Shown here: piece after piece, positions 28,931-41,200 of the stretch
Numbering within the stretch: position 1 is the first letter of the stretch
How the letters are laid out: each line of letters begins with the position of its first letter
Assembly: GCA_002269645.1 (NCBI GenBank)
Contig: NIVC01001361.1
Location: 186,001 to 250,000 of the forward strand
Origin: Macrostomum lignano
Taxonomy: Eukaryota
Direction of reading: 5' to 3'
DNA: 64,000 nt
Program-made: the position numbers and the translations under genes
Notes under the pieces: model-generated
Database searches by the model: none
Told to the model about the DNA's origin: nothing
Seen by the model: the letters and a program-made list of their open reading frames with translations, nothing else

Positions 28931-29924
28931 CTCATAGTTGTACCGGATATCCTGATTGCTGTACTATTGGGTACTTTATTTGCTGTGCTGGGTGTCTCAA
29001 AAATTTTTATCAAAGTATGAAAGAAAATAGCAAATATTAAGCCGTTTTTTTCTCTAATCGAACATATATATATAGACATCACATTTTTAGTAGCAAATTA
29101 GTTCACGTATTGCTGTCAGCTTTCTTGCTTCATGTCGGAGATATCACAGCAGGAAATGAAACTGACACAGGAAACTCAATTCGGTGTTCTTTTTAATAAC
29201 GCTTTCATTTTCCTCAGCAGAAGGGCTTCATGGTCCTGCTAAATCCGCCTATGTAATTTTTAATCAGCAGACTACAAGACTTCTTCAAGACCCTGACTGA
29301 GTGGCAAAGCAATCACTCTTACCTGCCTGTTCGTCTAGCCTGACACTCGAGCCGGGGCAAGCAGCACAGAAGCAGAAATCTTGCAATGAAAAAAAAAGAT
29401 TTCTTTCTGCACCTACTCGCCCTGCGATAGAATCGAGAAGGATTGCGAGGGATTTAGTGGGCGGGTGGGCATCAGCTTATAGAATTTTTGGGAGAGGATT
29501 GACATGAGAGAGCACTGGACATTCGCGCCGACCAATCGCTTGTAGGGGAAGAGGATAGAGCTTAGCGTCTAATCTCAGCATCCCGATTTGTACCTGTCTC
29601 TTCTTTCCTAGGGGATTATGGGAAGATAATAAAAGATACTATAGAAGAAAGCAGGATTTCTCTGAGTCTGACTGAAGCCCGTCTGTGTGTCAAAACCTGA
29701 ATAATCCCCCGCGGCCCAATGATAAGTCCGTCCATGTATTTCGTTGATGAAGCAGCTTAGCCCAGGTGCACAGGTGCCCTTCTAAAAGCATTTTTGTTTC
29801 TGCTTAGTGTTGAAGTGTTGGCGATGCATTCGTAGCAATTTTGTCTCTCAAATCTGTTATTGCTGGCTAGCCAATTTAATACACCGGCAAACTGTTCACA
29901 GAATCCCGATTTCTCCCTCTCTCC

Positions 29925-30500
29925 CTTCCCTACAGCGCCCCTTACCTACAGCGCCCTTATGGCAGTCCATTCCCTACGGCGCCCCCTTCCCTACGGCGCT
30001 CCATTCCCTACGGCGCTCTCTTCCCTACGGCGCTCCTTCCCTACGGCGCTTCATTCCCTACGGCGCTCTCTTCCCTACGGCGCCCCCTTCCTTACGGCGC
30101 TCCATTCCCTACGGCGCTCTCTTCCCTACGGCACTCTCTTCCCTACGGCGCCCCCTTCCTTACGGCGCTCCATTCCCTACGGCGCTCTCTTCCCTACGGC
30201 GCTCTCTTCCCTACGGCGCTCTCTTCCCTACGGTGTTCTCTCCCCTACGGTGTTCCCTTCCCTACGGCGCTCTCTTCCCTACGGCGCTCTCTTCCCTACG
30301 GCGCTCTCTTCCCTACGGCGCTCTCTTCCCTACGGCGCTCTCTTCCCTACGGCGCTTCATTCCCTACGGCGCTCTCTTCCCTACGGCGCCCCCTTCCCTA
30401 CAGGCTACAGCCGGCACCCCTTCCCTACAGCCGGCGCCCCTTCCCTACAGCCGGCGCCCCTTCCCTACAGCCGGCGCCCCTTCCCTACAGCCGGCGCTCT
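29925..30500. repeat. 17-bp pyrimidine-rich minisatellite
   Basis: Unit CCCTACGGCGCTCTCTT. Confidence 0.9.
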
Positions 30501-30776
30501 TTTTCCAGAGTTCTGGCTCACTTAAACTCATTTAGCTGAATTTAAAATCCACTATCTATACGATCGAAAGTTTTGCTTTCGAGAAAGCATTAAAATTGTG
30601 CATTTTCAAAGTACTGATACCCTATAGTCATTGACCTTAATAACTAACTGCTCGAGTTCATTTCAGCTCGCGAACTTTATTGAGATAGAGCGCATTACAG
30701 TCCTTGTAGTGGTTCAACGAAGTGACCAAAAATTAGTTTTATCTTCTTACTTAATCTCCTTGGGCTTAATTACATG

Positions 30777-31709
30777 TAGGGATTCCAATCCCGGGATCCC
30801 GGGATCCCGGGATCCCGGGATTGGGGCCAAAAATCCGGGATTTGAATCCCGGGATTTTTTTGGGAATCGAATCCCGGGATTTCTAATCCCGGGATTGCAA
30901 AAGTCCGGGATCGGGATCCCGGGATTTCAAGGCCTTAATCCCGGGATTGGTCCGGGATTAGAACAACCTTTCAATGCCTAAATTAGATAATTTATAATCT
31001 AAACGTTTTTTTGAATAATAAAACATTTATTTGTTTTTGCTGTTTCTCAATGAAACGTTAAACATTTGCAAAGCTCCTGTCCTAATTGAGCCAAAAATTG
31101 TTAATGTGAACTGTAAATGATAGATAATTTTAACCTTTTTTTCGTTTTCTACCACGAGACGAGACTGAGGGCCTTCTCATATTGCTTGCTCTGGCTCCAG
31201 AACCAGAACCAATTTGTGAAGTATAACTTTTTGTCTCCATAACTAGAGGGAGATACGTGCTATAAAGTTTTTATCATTGAATGACAGTCGCCAAAAAGAA
31301 AGTGAAAAATCGTGCAAAGTGAGGCCGTTAAGGCAGTCAAATATTAACAGAGTTTAATAGTTATACTGCTGTTTTTTCTTGGAATTCCGAACCGATTCTG
31401 GTTCTGGAATTGGTAATATGAAAAGGCCCTGAGACTCTGAGAGTCGCGAGACCATGACTACTGCACGCGGCACGCCGCACAGTCCGTCTTAGGATTCCAA
31501 TCCCGGGATCCCGGGATCCCGGGATTGGGGCCAAAAATCCGGGATTTGAATCCCGGGATTTTTTTGGGAATCGAATCCCGGGATTTTTAATCCCGGGATT
31601 GCAAAAGCACCGGGATTCCGGGATTTTGAATCCCGGGATTTCAACAGCATCGGGATTTCGGGACTATTAAATCCCGGGATTGTAAAATGTCGGGATTTTG
31701 GAATCCCTA
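30777..31709. mobile_element. Non-autonomous hAT-type DNA transposon (933 bp) with an internal duplicate of its left end
   Basis: TIR TAGGGATTCCAA...TTGGAATCCCTA, with an 8-bp TSD ATTACATG at 30769-30776 and 31710-31717. Subterminal ATCCCGGGAT repeats are present. A second left-end copy starts at 31490. Confidence 0.88.
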
Positions 31710-32112
31710 ATTACATGTATTCGTATCAGAATCAGTTATTCTTTTTCGCTTGGCAGAAAATAGAACTTTCTCTAGCCCCCATTCCCTTATCGTCAATGTA
31801 CATTCACGGCAAAGGACGGCAATGTACGGTTTGTTACGAACTCTATGGGTGTGGGGGAGGGGTCTGTCCAAATGTACACCCTTCCTAACCAAATAGGAGA
31901 GAAGGACGAAGCCTGAAAGTGATATGGACAGAGGGTCGAGGACTCGGTTTTCGGCTTATTTCATTGCCCTTCACCAGCCCGCAGTCTTAAGACTAAGATA
32001 AGCGCAGCGCACTCCCGTCAAAGCTGTGTGCACTGTAACTAAAACTAAGTGGTGCTTATGCGTTCATCTTTAATTACAGGCAATCAAGCTGAAAAAAGCA
32101 ATAATCAACAGT

Positions 32113-35100
32113 ATGATAAAACGCCAAATCAATTTAGTTAGACTGGCGGCGGCACTAATTGAGCTATTATTAATATCGACGGTCTCTTTGATGTCTGCCA
32201 CCGACGCCGCGACTTGCGTTGAGTGCCCGGCTGGCCGAGTGTGGAATCCTAACGAACCTGGCTGCACCAAATGTCCCCAGGGTCGCTGCACAGATGTCGG
32301 CCAGTGCGCCCGGTGTCCGCCTGGCACTAGCCAGGCCAAGCCTGGACAGAGGGACTGTCAGCCCTGTCCGGTGGGCATGCACCAGCCTGCGTCCGGCCAG
32401 GCCGGCTGCACAGCCTGTCCAGCAGGCGAGGAGGCGCCCAGCAGAGGCGCCATTAACTGTACCGAATGCCGGCCGGGTTTCAACAAATCCGAGTCCGGCG
32501 CACAGCTGTGCGGCGCCTGTCCGGCCGGGAGCTACTCGGACGAGTTGGCCAGTTTAGAGTGCCAAGTAAAATTGAGGACTGGTGGAAGAAGAATCGTATA
32601 GGGGAGAAATGGGAACAGTAGGGGGAGTAGTTGTAGTAGTAGGGGGAGAATGGTGAACCGTAGGGGAGAATGGGGAACCGCAGGGGAGAATGGGGAACCG
32701 TAGGGGGAGAATGGGGAACCGTAGGGGGAGAATGGGGAACCGTAGGGGGAGAATGGGGAACCGTAGGGGGAGAATGGGGAACCGTAGGGGAGAATGGGGA
32801 ACCGTAGGGGGAGAATGGGGAACCGTAGGGGAGAATGGGAACCGTAGGGGAGAATGGGGAACCGTAGGGGGAGAATGGGGAACCGCAGGGGAGAATGGGG
32901 AACCGTAGGGGGAGAATGGGGAACCGCAGGGGAGAATGGGGAACCGTAGGGGGAGAATGGGGAACCGTAGGGGAGAATGGGAACCGTAGGGGGAGAATGG
33001 GGAACCGTAGGGGGAGAATGGGGAACCGTAGGGGGAGAATGGGGAACCGCAGGGGAGAATGGGGAACCGTAGGGGAGAATGGGGAACCGTAGGGGAGAAT
33101 GGGAACCGTAGGGGAGAATGGGGAACCGTAGGGGAGAATGGGGAACCGTAGGGGAGAATGGGAACCGTAGGGGGAGAATGGGGAACCGTAGGGGAGAATG
33201 GGAACCGTAGGGGAGAATGGGGAACCGTAGGGGGAGAATGGGGAACCGTAGGGGAGAATGGGAACCGTAGGGGAGAATGGGGAACCGTAGGGGGAGAATG
33301 GGAACCGTAGGGGGAGAATGGGTAACCGTAGGGGGAGAATGGGGAACCGTAGGGGGAGAATGGGAAACCGTAGGGGGAGAATGGGGAACCGTAGGGGGAG
33401 AATGGGGAACCGTAGGGGGAGAATGGGGAACCGTAGGGGAGAATGGGGAACCGTAGGGGGAGAATGGGGAACCGTAGGGGAGAATGGGGAACCGTAGGGG
33501 GAGAATGGGGAACCGCAGGGGAGAATGGGGAACCGTAGGGGAGAATGGGGAACCGTAGGGGAGAATGGGAACCGTAGGGGGAGAATGGGGAACCGTAGGG
33601 GAGAATGGGGAACCGTAGGGGAGAATGGGGAACCGCAGGGGAGAATGGGGAACCGTAGGGGAGAATGGGGAACCGTAGGGGAGAATGGGAACCGTAGGGG
33701 AGAATGGAGAACCGTAGGGGGAGAATGGGGAACCGTAGGGGAGAATGGGAACCGTAGGGGGAGAATGGGGAACCGTAGGGGAGAATGGGAACCGTAGGGG
33801 AGAATGGGGAACCGTAGGGGGAGAATGGGGAACCGTAGGGGAGAATGGGAACCGTAGGGGGAGAATGGGGAACCGTAGGGGGAGAATGGGAACCGTAGGG
33901 GGAGAATGGGTAACCGTAGGGGAGAATGGGGAACCGTAGGGGGAGAATGGGGAACCGTAGGGGGAGAATGGGGAACCGTAGGGGGAGAATGGGGAACCGT
34001 AGGGGGAGAATGGGGAACCGTAGGGGAGAATGGGGAACCGTAGGCGAGAATGGGAACCGTAGGGGGAGAATGGGAACCGTAGGGGAGAGTGTCGAACCGT
34101 AGGGGAGAATGGGGAACAAACAGTGGGGGAGAATGGGGAACCGTGGGGGAGAATGGGGAACCGTAGGGGAGAATGGGGAACCGTAGGGGAGAATGGGGAA
34201 CCGTAGGGGAGAATGGGAACCGTAGGGGGAGAATGGGAACCGTAGGGGGAGAATGGGGAACCGTTGGGGAGAATGGGAAACCGTAGGCGAGAATGGGAAC
34301 CGTAGGGGGAGAATGGGAACCGTAGGGGAGAGTGTCGAACCGTAGGGGAGAATGGGGAACAAACAGTGGGGGAGAAGGGGAACCGTTGGGAAGATACTGA
34401 TACATAAGATACATAGAATGAAGGGAAAACTATAGGTGCTTTAATGGGGCTGACAATATCGGGCAGGGGTACGCTTGTCCCACATTCAGATTACTTTCCT
34501 TACAAGCGATTGCAATAGTTCATATTGGGTATAAGGCAGGAGCAACTAACTGTAACATAGGTTAGTCTCATGCCTCGTCGTCTAATTAGCGCTCTTGAAA
34601 AACTTCCACAGCTCTGCCCATCAGGCCAGTTCAGCCACACGGCGGGTCAGTCGGCCTGCCAGCCCTGTCCGGCGGGCACCTTCGCTAACTGGACCGGCGC
34701 CAGCGCCTGTGTGGTCTGCCCAGCCGGGCGGGATCAGAAACACGAAGGCGGCCTTGACTGCCAGGCCTGCAGGCGCGGCTTCTACAAAGCCTACCCGGCT
34801 GTAGACGACTGCAAGCTGTGCCAGCCCGGCTATTACAATCGGGCCGAGGGCTCCCTGGGCTGCCTGGCCTGCCCGGCCGGCTACTACTGTCCCCGGCCCT
34901 GGGTGGACCCCGAGTCCTGTCCGGCCCTGTCCGTGTGTCCGGCAGGCAGCTACGAGCCAATTCAGTGCCGCGGTCCTTTCCTGGCCGCTGACAAGTCCAG
35001 CAACGCCTGCCAGGCGACCGCCAGTCTGTACGCGGTGCTGTCCGCCTCCGCTATCGTCTCCGTCATTGTCGGCCTCGCCGTTGCCGGCTACGTGCGCGCT

Positions 35101-35268
35101 TGGCGCCGGCGCCGGCGCCGTAGAGCCGGTCTTGTCGATGCTAGCGGCGCGGGTGCCGCCGATTTTTCCGACTCAATGACTGCGGCGGCGGCGTCGGCAA
35201 CGGCCGGCAATGAGCGGATGCCGCTGATTAAAGGCGGAGATGGCGGGCCGGTGTACTCCGGTCTGTGA
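32113..35268 (+). CDS. Type I membrane protein with tandem Cys-rich GCC2/GCC3 (ephrin-receptor-like/TNFR-like) repeats, ~369 aa. Exons 32113-32565, 34612-35268
   Basis: There is a hydrophobic signal-like N-terminus and repeated CxxCPxGxY/F...CxxC units. The TM segment LYAVLSASAIVSVIVGLAVAGYV is followed by RAWRRRRRRR and a short tail ending YSGL*. The phase-0 GT-AG intron lies at 32566-34611. Confidence 0.85.
32597..34392. repeat. ~20-22-bp G-rich minisatellite filling the intron of the Cys-rich membrane protein gene
   Basis: Unit GGGGAGAATGGGGAACCGTAG with variable G-run lengths. Confidence 0.95.
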
Positions 35269-35319
35269 TGGGGTGAGCGCCTCGGGCCTGTTCTGCGCAT
35301 CACACTGGCTCCTGCTGCC

Positions 35320-35745
35320 TCTCCTCTCTCCCTCTCCCTCTCTCCCTCTCCCTCTCCCTCTCTCCCTCTCCCTGTCTCCCTCTCCCTCTCCCTCTCTTCC
35401 TCTCCCTCTCCCTCTCTCCCTCTCCCTCTCTCCCTCTCCCTCTCCCTCTCTCCCTCTCCCTCTCCCTCTCTCCCTCTCCCTCTCTCCCTCTCCCTCTCCC
35501 TCTCTCCCTCTCCCTCTCCCTCTCTCCCTCTCCCTCTCTCCTTCTCCCTCTCCCTCTCCCTCTCTCCCTCTCCCTCTCCCTCTCTCCCTCTCCATCTCTC
35601 CCTCTCCCCTTTCTCCCTCTCTCCCTCTCCCCTTTCTCCCTCTCTCCTTCTCTTCCTTTCTACCCTCCCTCCACTCTCTCGCCATCCGTCCTATCCCTCT
35701 TCGCCCATCCGTCCAGTCTCTCTCTCTCTCTCTCTCTCTCCACAT
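35320..35745. repeat. Polypyrimidine (CTCCCT/CT)n tract
   Basis: Direct reading; almost only C and T on the + strand. Confidence 0.9.
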
Positions 35746-35799
35746 CCGCCCAGTCCCTCTCCGTATCTGGTGTTGCACAAGCTGAAACAGGCACGAGAG

Positions 35800-36145
35800 G
35801 GGTTTCGGTGGCTAGGGTGTGAGGTTGGTGTGGAAATGAGGGGTTTTAGGGATAGGGTGTGAGGTGGGTGTGGAAATGAGGGGTTTTGGGGATAGGGTGT
35901 GAGGTGGGTGTGGAAATGAGGGGTTTTGGGGATAGGGTGTGAGGTGGGTGTGGAAATGAGGGGTTTCGGGCTAGGGTGTGAGGTGGGTGTGTAAATGAGG
36001 GGTTTCGGGATAGGGTGTGAGGTGGGTGTGGAAATGAGGGGTTTTGGGGATAGGGTGTGAGGTGGGTGTGGAAATGAGGGGTTTCGGGGCTAGGGTGTGA
36101 GGTGGGTGTGGAAATGAGGGGTTTCGGGGCTACAGTTAGAGGTGG
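35800..36145. repeat. 40-bp G/T-rich minisatellite
   Basis: Unit GAGGTGGGTGTGGAAATGAGGGGTTTTGGGGATAGGGTGT. Confidence 0.9.
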
Positions 36146-37849
36146 AAATTGGGAGTTTTAAAGCCAGAGTATGAGTAGGGTGTAAAAATTCAGAAATGAT
36201 GCTTTGAATAGCACTTTTGTGAGCGAATTTTGGTATCATGCGGGGCTTCTGTCAGAGTTGACAAAGGGGTAATTAATCAATGAGACTGCATATTTGCTTA
36301 TTTCCCATAAATGCTTATCCTTTTTAAATTAATTCCAGACAGACAATCGAAAAGCGCAGGACGGCACGCGAAAAATTGAGTGTATAGAGCAGCCATCGGC
36401 ACGTTTATTTCCCTCTCGAGTACAGACGGAATCTTCCTATAATTTGCTGCATCGAATCATCCACGTGCAAAAGCCGCTGGTCTTTCCACTGAGCGTCGTG
36501 TATACTTAATTGTGCTCTCATTTCTATTGTTTATTTTTCTACTGATGAAGCTGTGCATTTTCCGGATTTCACTATTGATTGGAAGCCAATAAAAATCCCT
36601 TGAATGCAAAACACTGTCTGTGCAAAGCTCACGAGTAGCTACCGCTAATCAGAATTCGACTTCACTTTCTGTTCGAGCTGGGACTTTGACCTGTGACAGT
36701 GCAGAGGTCAGGATAGACATACTCGTACAGAGAATAACTCTTGCCGAACTCGAAAGATTTGGGCAGCCGAGAGCAGATCGAGAGTCCCAGATCGAGAGAG
36801 AATTTCGCGGGCGGTTGCACAGCGAACAAACTCTATGCTCAGGTGAGCAAATTCTAGCAATTCGATCTCTCAAATCGGCGTGCATCATTATCCATGGCTT
36901 GCAGCGAGTGTGACCTCGGCTACGGATCCACCCTGTGTCCTTGTACTGCATCTTCTTTATGCTTTGTGCTCGTTCGTTGGATAATTAAATCCCGTCTGTA
37001 ATAGATAGAGTCTCCCTGCTCTGCCTCAGCTCCCCTTCCTGCGTCGGGTTTTAATACTCATCTGATTTCCCTGCGTCTTTATGAAGCCGCGTTTTTGGGG
37101 GAAGAGACACAGGGGAGAAAGAAATCCGGTGGGTGTCTCCTGTGGCTCAGGCCAGACTAAAAGTGAACCAAGCGATGCATGGAGAAAACAGCAGACCCCC
37201 TTGAAGTATGATACAATTTTTAAGAAGCCAGCAATTTCTTGCTAATTATCGTTCAAACGAAGCAAAAACAAGACCGTTTTAATCTGATTAAGTTTCACTG
37301 GCTGGTTGAGGTAAGCAGAAACTGTCCGTGGATAAATAGTAGAGCTAGCGTTTTCCTCTAGCCAAGTTAACGAGAGCGAAAACAACAAGAATTGGTGAGA
37401 AGAGCGGGTAAATAGTACTGGATGTACTTTTCGCTTGTTTCTGTGCGTCAGAAGCTGCATATTTAGCAGCACGTTTAATCATGCGCGATAGGTAAGCGAT
37501 ATAATAGCACTGAAGCCATAAAAGATATAAGAGTATCGATAATCTTAGAGACTCTTCTCACACAAAGCTTCGGTAAGAAAGTAAGTTCTGAGATCTTAAA
37601 CTGTAGATTTCATTTATGCGATTTTATGGTTCACAGAAGAAGGTTAGATAATGCGAGCGTAGTATTAGATCTGAGTTCTCTGTGCAGAGAATTATACTTG
37701 TGACGCTGTCTATAAGATAAAAAGAATGTATCATTATTTATTAGGAAAGTGACATAGAAATGATTTCAAACTGACTCGATGGCCTGATGCACGTTTCATT
37801 CTTCTCGGCTTGACCCGAATTCACATCTCTTCTCCCTCTATTGATTATT

Positions 37850-38108
37850 ATTGGCTGCGACAGATCTGCTGTAAATTTGATTTGATTCGGCCTTACCTCC
37901 ACCCAGTTTGTCTCCCTTCCCCTCTTCTTGCTTCTTATTGGCTGCGAAAATAAGACAATTGGTTTGACTCAGCCTTATCCCCATCCAGTTTGTCTCCCTC
38001 TCTCTTGATTCTGATTGGCTGCGACAGATCTACTGTAAATTTGATTTGACCCAGGCTTACCCCCACCCAGTTTGTCGCCCCTTCTCTCTCTTAAATCTTA
38101 TTGGCTGA
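37850..38108. repeat. Degenerate ~65-70-bp tandem repeat downstream of the PKD2 stop
   Basis: TATTGGCTGCGA...CCACCCAGTTTGTCTCCC recurs about four times. Confidence 0.7.
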
Positions 38109-38211
38109 TAGTTCATTTTAAGTTATCAAGTGTCATATGCAGCTTGTATTGATAAGGCTACATCGTGGCTGGTGGCAGTGGATCCCAATCAAATTCGAGC
38201 CAGCCAGGCAG

Positions 38212-41200
38212 TCACTGCTGCTCAGGTTTCCTAACACCGGCCGCTGGCGAATCCCATTGACGAAGTTCCTGCTGAAGCTGCTCCATCAGATTGAGTCTAG
38301 ATACCTCAGGCGACCCAGACAAAGGAGCCCTCACAAGCTTCAGCATTCGGTATAGCGACGTGCGGTGCTCGAGTCGGAGCCGTTCCAGCCTCTCGAGCGT
38401 CATCAGCACTCGATCGATGCTGTTGAGCGCGCCGCCGACCCGGCCTTCCAGACGGTCGACGCGCCGCGTTAGGAACGCCAGCTCGTCGCGCGAAGCCGGT
38501 TCGCCACGAAAGCCGGACCGCAATCCCGGAGCTCCGGCGTCCTCGTCTAAAACGGAGCAGGCGGCGTCCGAGCCGACTTCGAACGACGTTTCAACCTGGT
38601 CGGGTGCCGGCGCCGCTCCGGTGATTTCGCGGTCCAGTTTCATCTGCGGGATTTCAAAATTGAGACTCTCTTGGCCCTCATATCGCTGCCAGACAGATAG
38701 AATCCCTGCGATAGAAAGAGCTCACCTTTTCACCCTCCAAGTCGCGTCGCATTTGCATTCGCTCGGCCGCGCTTAACACTTGGTCTCCGTCGGCGTCGTA
38801 TTTGGCGAACAGGGCCTCGATCTCGGCATCGGCAAAGCCGCGTCTGCGTGCGTGTGCGTTTTGGAGCATTTGGCGCTTCTTTTAGAAGAAAATCGGATAC
38901 TCTGAGGATCCTTGCTGTAACTAACAAAAGTGAACTGATAAGCATGGTTGTAAAACAACATCGCCGAACCGTTGCGCCAGGGTGCCCACAGCCCCCTTGC
39001 AATCATTACTATTAGTATTATAGGGAGACAGGACAGCTAGTCTCCGATAGCTACGCGCATTCAAAAGCTTGCACGATCGCAACTCACTGCCTCAGTTGAT
39101 TACGCCAGCCTTCAAAGTTCACGGTCGCTTCGTCGCCGCACTGCAGCACAGCTCGCTGAATATCCAGCACTTTCTGGCGCCTCACGGCCAGCTTATCCAT
39201 CAGTCTGTCGGCTCTCTGCGGTGAGTATTTTGAATACTAGCACTGAGCTTCCACCACCGCGTCTCAAGGCAACATGACTTCTGTACTCACCCTGCGCAGA
39301 AATCTGGCGACGTCGATCCTAGCGCGTCCGCCGCCAAATTCGTTGTCAGCCTTGACTTCGCCAAATTTCTCATTGATAATGGCCAGAAACATGTTGAGCA
39401 GTATGAAGAATACAAAGAACACGTACAGCAAAAAGTACACGGGTCCAATCAGCCTGTTAGCCTGCTGGATCTTGTAGAAATTCACGTCGCCAAGGATGAT
39501 GCGGAACAGCGTGAATACCGCCTGTTGAAAGTTTTGAAAGTCGTCCACCTGGGTGCCGAACACCAAAGTGCCCAGCAGAGCGAAGGCGAAGAAAATGATG
39601 AAGAATATGATGCAGAAGGCTACCAGATCCTTGGCGCATGAGCCTAGCGTAGCGCTGAGCATGGTGAGTGTCCGGCTGAACCGGACGTACTTGAACACCT
39701 TGATCCAGGCCAGGAAAACGGCAATAGCCACGGCGTGGTTGAAGCAGGTCTGCCAGTAGGACAGCGAATAGAAGTTCGGGCAGTCCAGCGAGTCAACGAG
39801 CAGCTGGTGCAGCTTGTTGGACACGGCGGCGATGCGGTAGATGTTGAACCCGGCACACACGTAGCACACTATCAACAGTGCAACGTCCAGGTAATTGGAG
39901 AGCACCTTCAGGTAGGCCATGCGTTGTCGTCGTATCTCCAGCACCTCCAGCACAGTGTAGTAGATGCACATCAGCAGCAGGCCGCACTCGCAGGCGGCAA
40001 CAAAGTAATCGAATGGTTCAACGTAGCGCAGCAGCTTGAGAGAGCGGAACTCCCAGGAGGGGACCACGCCGCCTGCGGGTGGGTGTGAGGCAACTGTTGG
40101 GATGATTTTAGACATCTAATCGTTGATCCTCCATCGCATCTGCGAGTATGCATGTAGTAGGAAGGATGAAAATCGGCACTCTGACGAAACACAGAATTGA
40201 ACCAGGGGTCGTGGAGCGAGAGTCAGGTGCGTTTACCGCTGAGCTGCCCTGTCCCCTTTAGGAAGAATGCATGAAAGTAACCCAGGGATAAACTAAAATT
40301 AACTAAACCTGACCTAAACGCGATCCAAGCATAAACAAAATTTAAATTAAAACTCGTCCGACTCTCCCACCTAAGTCCCGGGTTCGATTCTCTACCGCGT
40401 GGCAGAATATTTGGTTCGCCAAAGGCTTATATCATGCTCATGGAGGCCATTCATCACGGCGCAGCAGAGCGTGTACACTGCTTGATCAGAGGCGCGCTCC
40501 GAGTGCGTATTCAAAGATTCTAGTCATTTTCGATTCTCTCCTCACTATAGCAACGGAATTGCCAAAAATTCTGGTTCATCCCAGGACACACCGGTTGCCG
40601 GAAGCTCAGCTACCAGGCGAGCCACGCAGAACAGATTCACATTGGGGTTGTACACTGTGAAGTCAATGAAGACAGCCCTGGTGCTGCGGTCGAGCCACAG
40701 CGAGTCAAACAGATTTCGCAGAGTCTGCTCCGAGGCCGCCCGGGTCGGCTGCAGCAAGGCTCTGTAGCCGCCGCCCTCGTAGGTGGCCACCGCGCCCGAG
40801 TAGCTCCCGCTGCCTGCGGCGGGTGCGGATTGCGGAGTTTTTTTCCCTGCTGATGATTTCATTTTACCATCTTTTCTTAGCTGCCTACTTGTAGTAGGAT
40901 AGTTTGCTTTTCTGACGAACAAACATACCGATGTTGGGAGACCGACAGACAGACAGACAGACACAAAGACAGACACTAAGACAGACACTAAAACAGACAC
41001 TAAGACAGACACTAAGGCAGACACTAAAACAGACACTAAGACAGACACTAAGGCAGACACTAAGACAGACACTAAGGCAGACACTAAGGCAGACACTAAG
41101 ACAGACACGAAGGCAGACACCAAGACAGACACTAAGACAGACACTAAGACAGACACTAAGACAGACACTGAGACAGACACTGAGACAGACACTAAGACAG

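Noticed and set aside
32480-34414. 644- and 602-aa Pro-rich (extensin-like) ORFs
   Set aside because: They are the antisense translation of the intronic G-rich minisatellite.
35800-36145. Interstitial telomere
   Set aside because: There are only isolated TTAGGG-like words within a 40-bp unit, not a telomeric array.
36620-36951. Overlapping 97-aa (+) and 100-aa (-) ORFs
   Set aside because: They have no recognisable domain and no convincing splice context.
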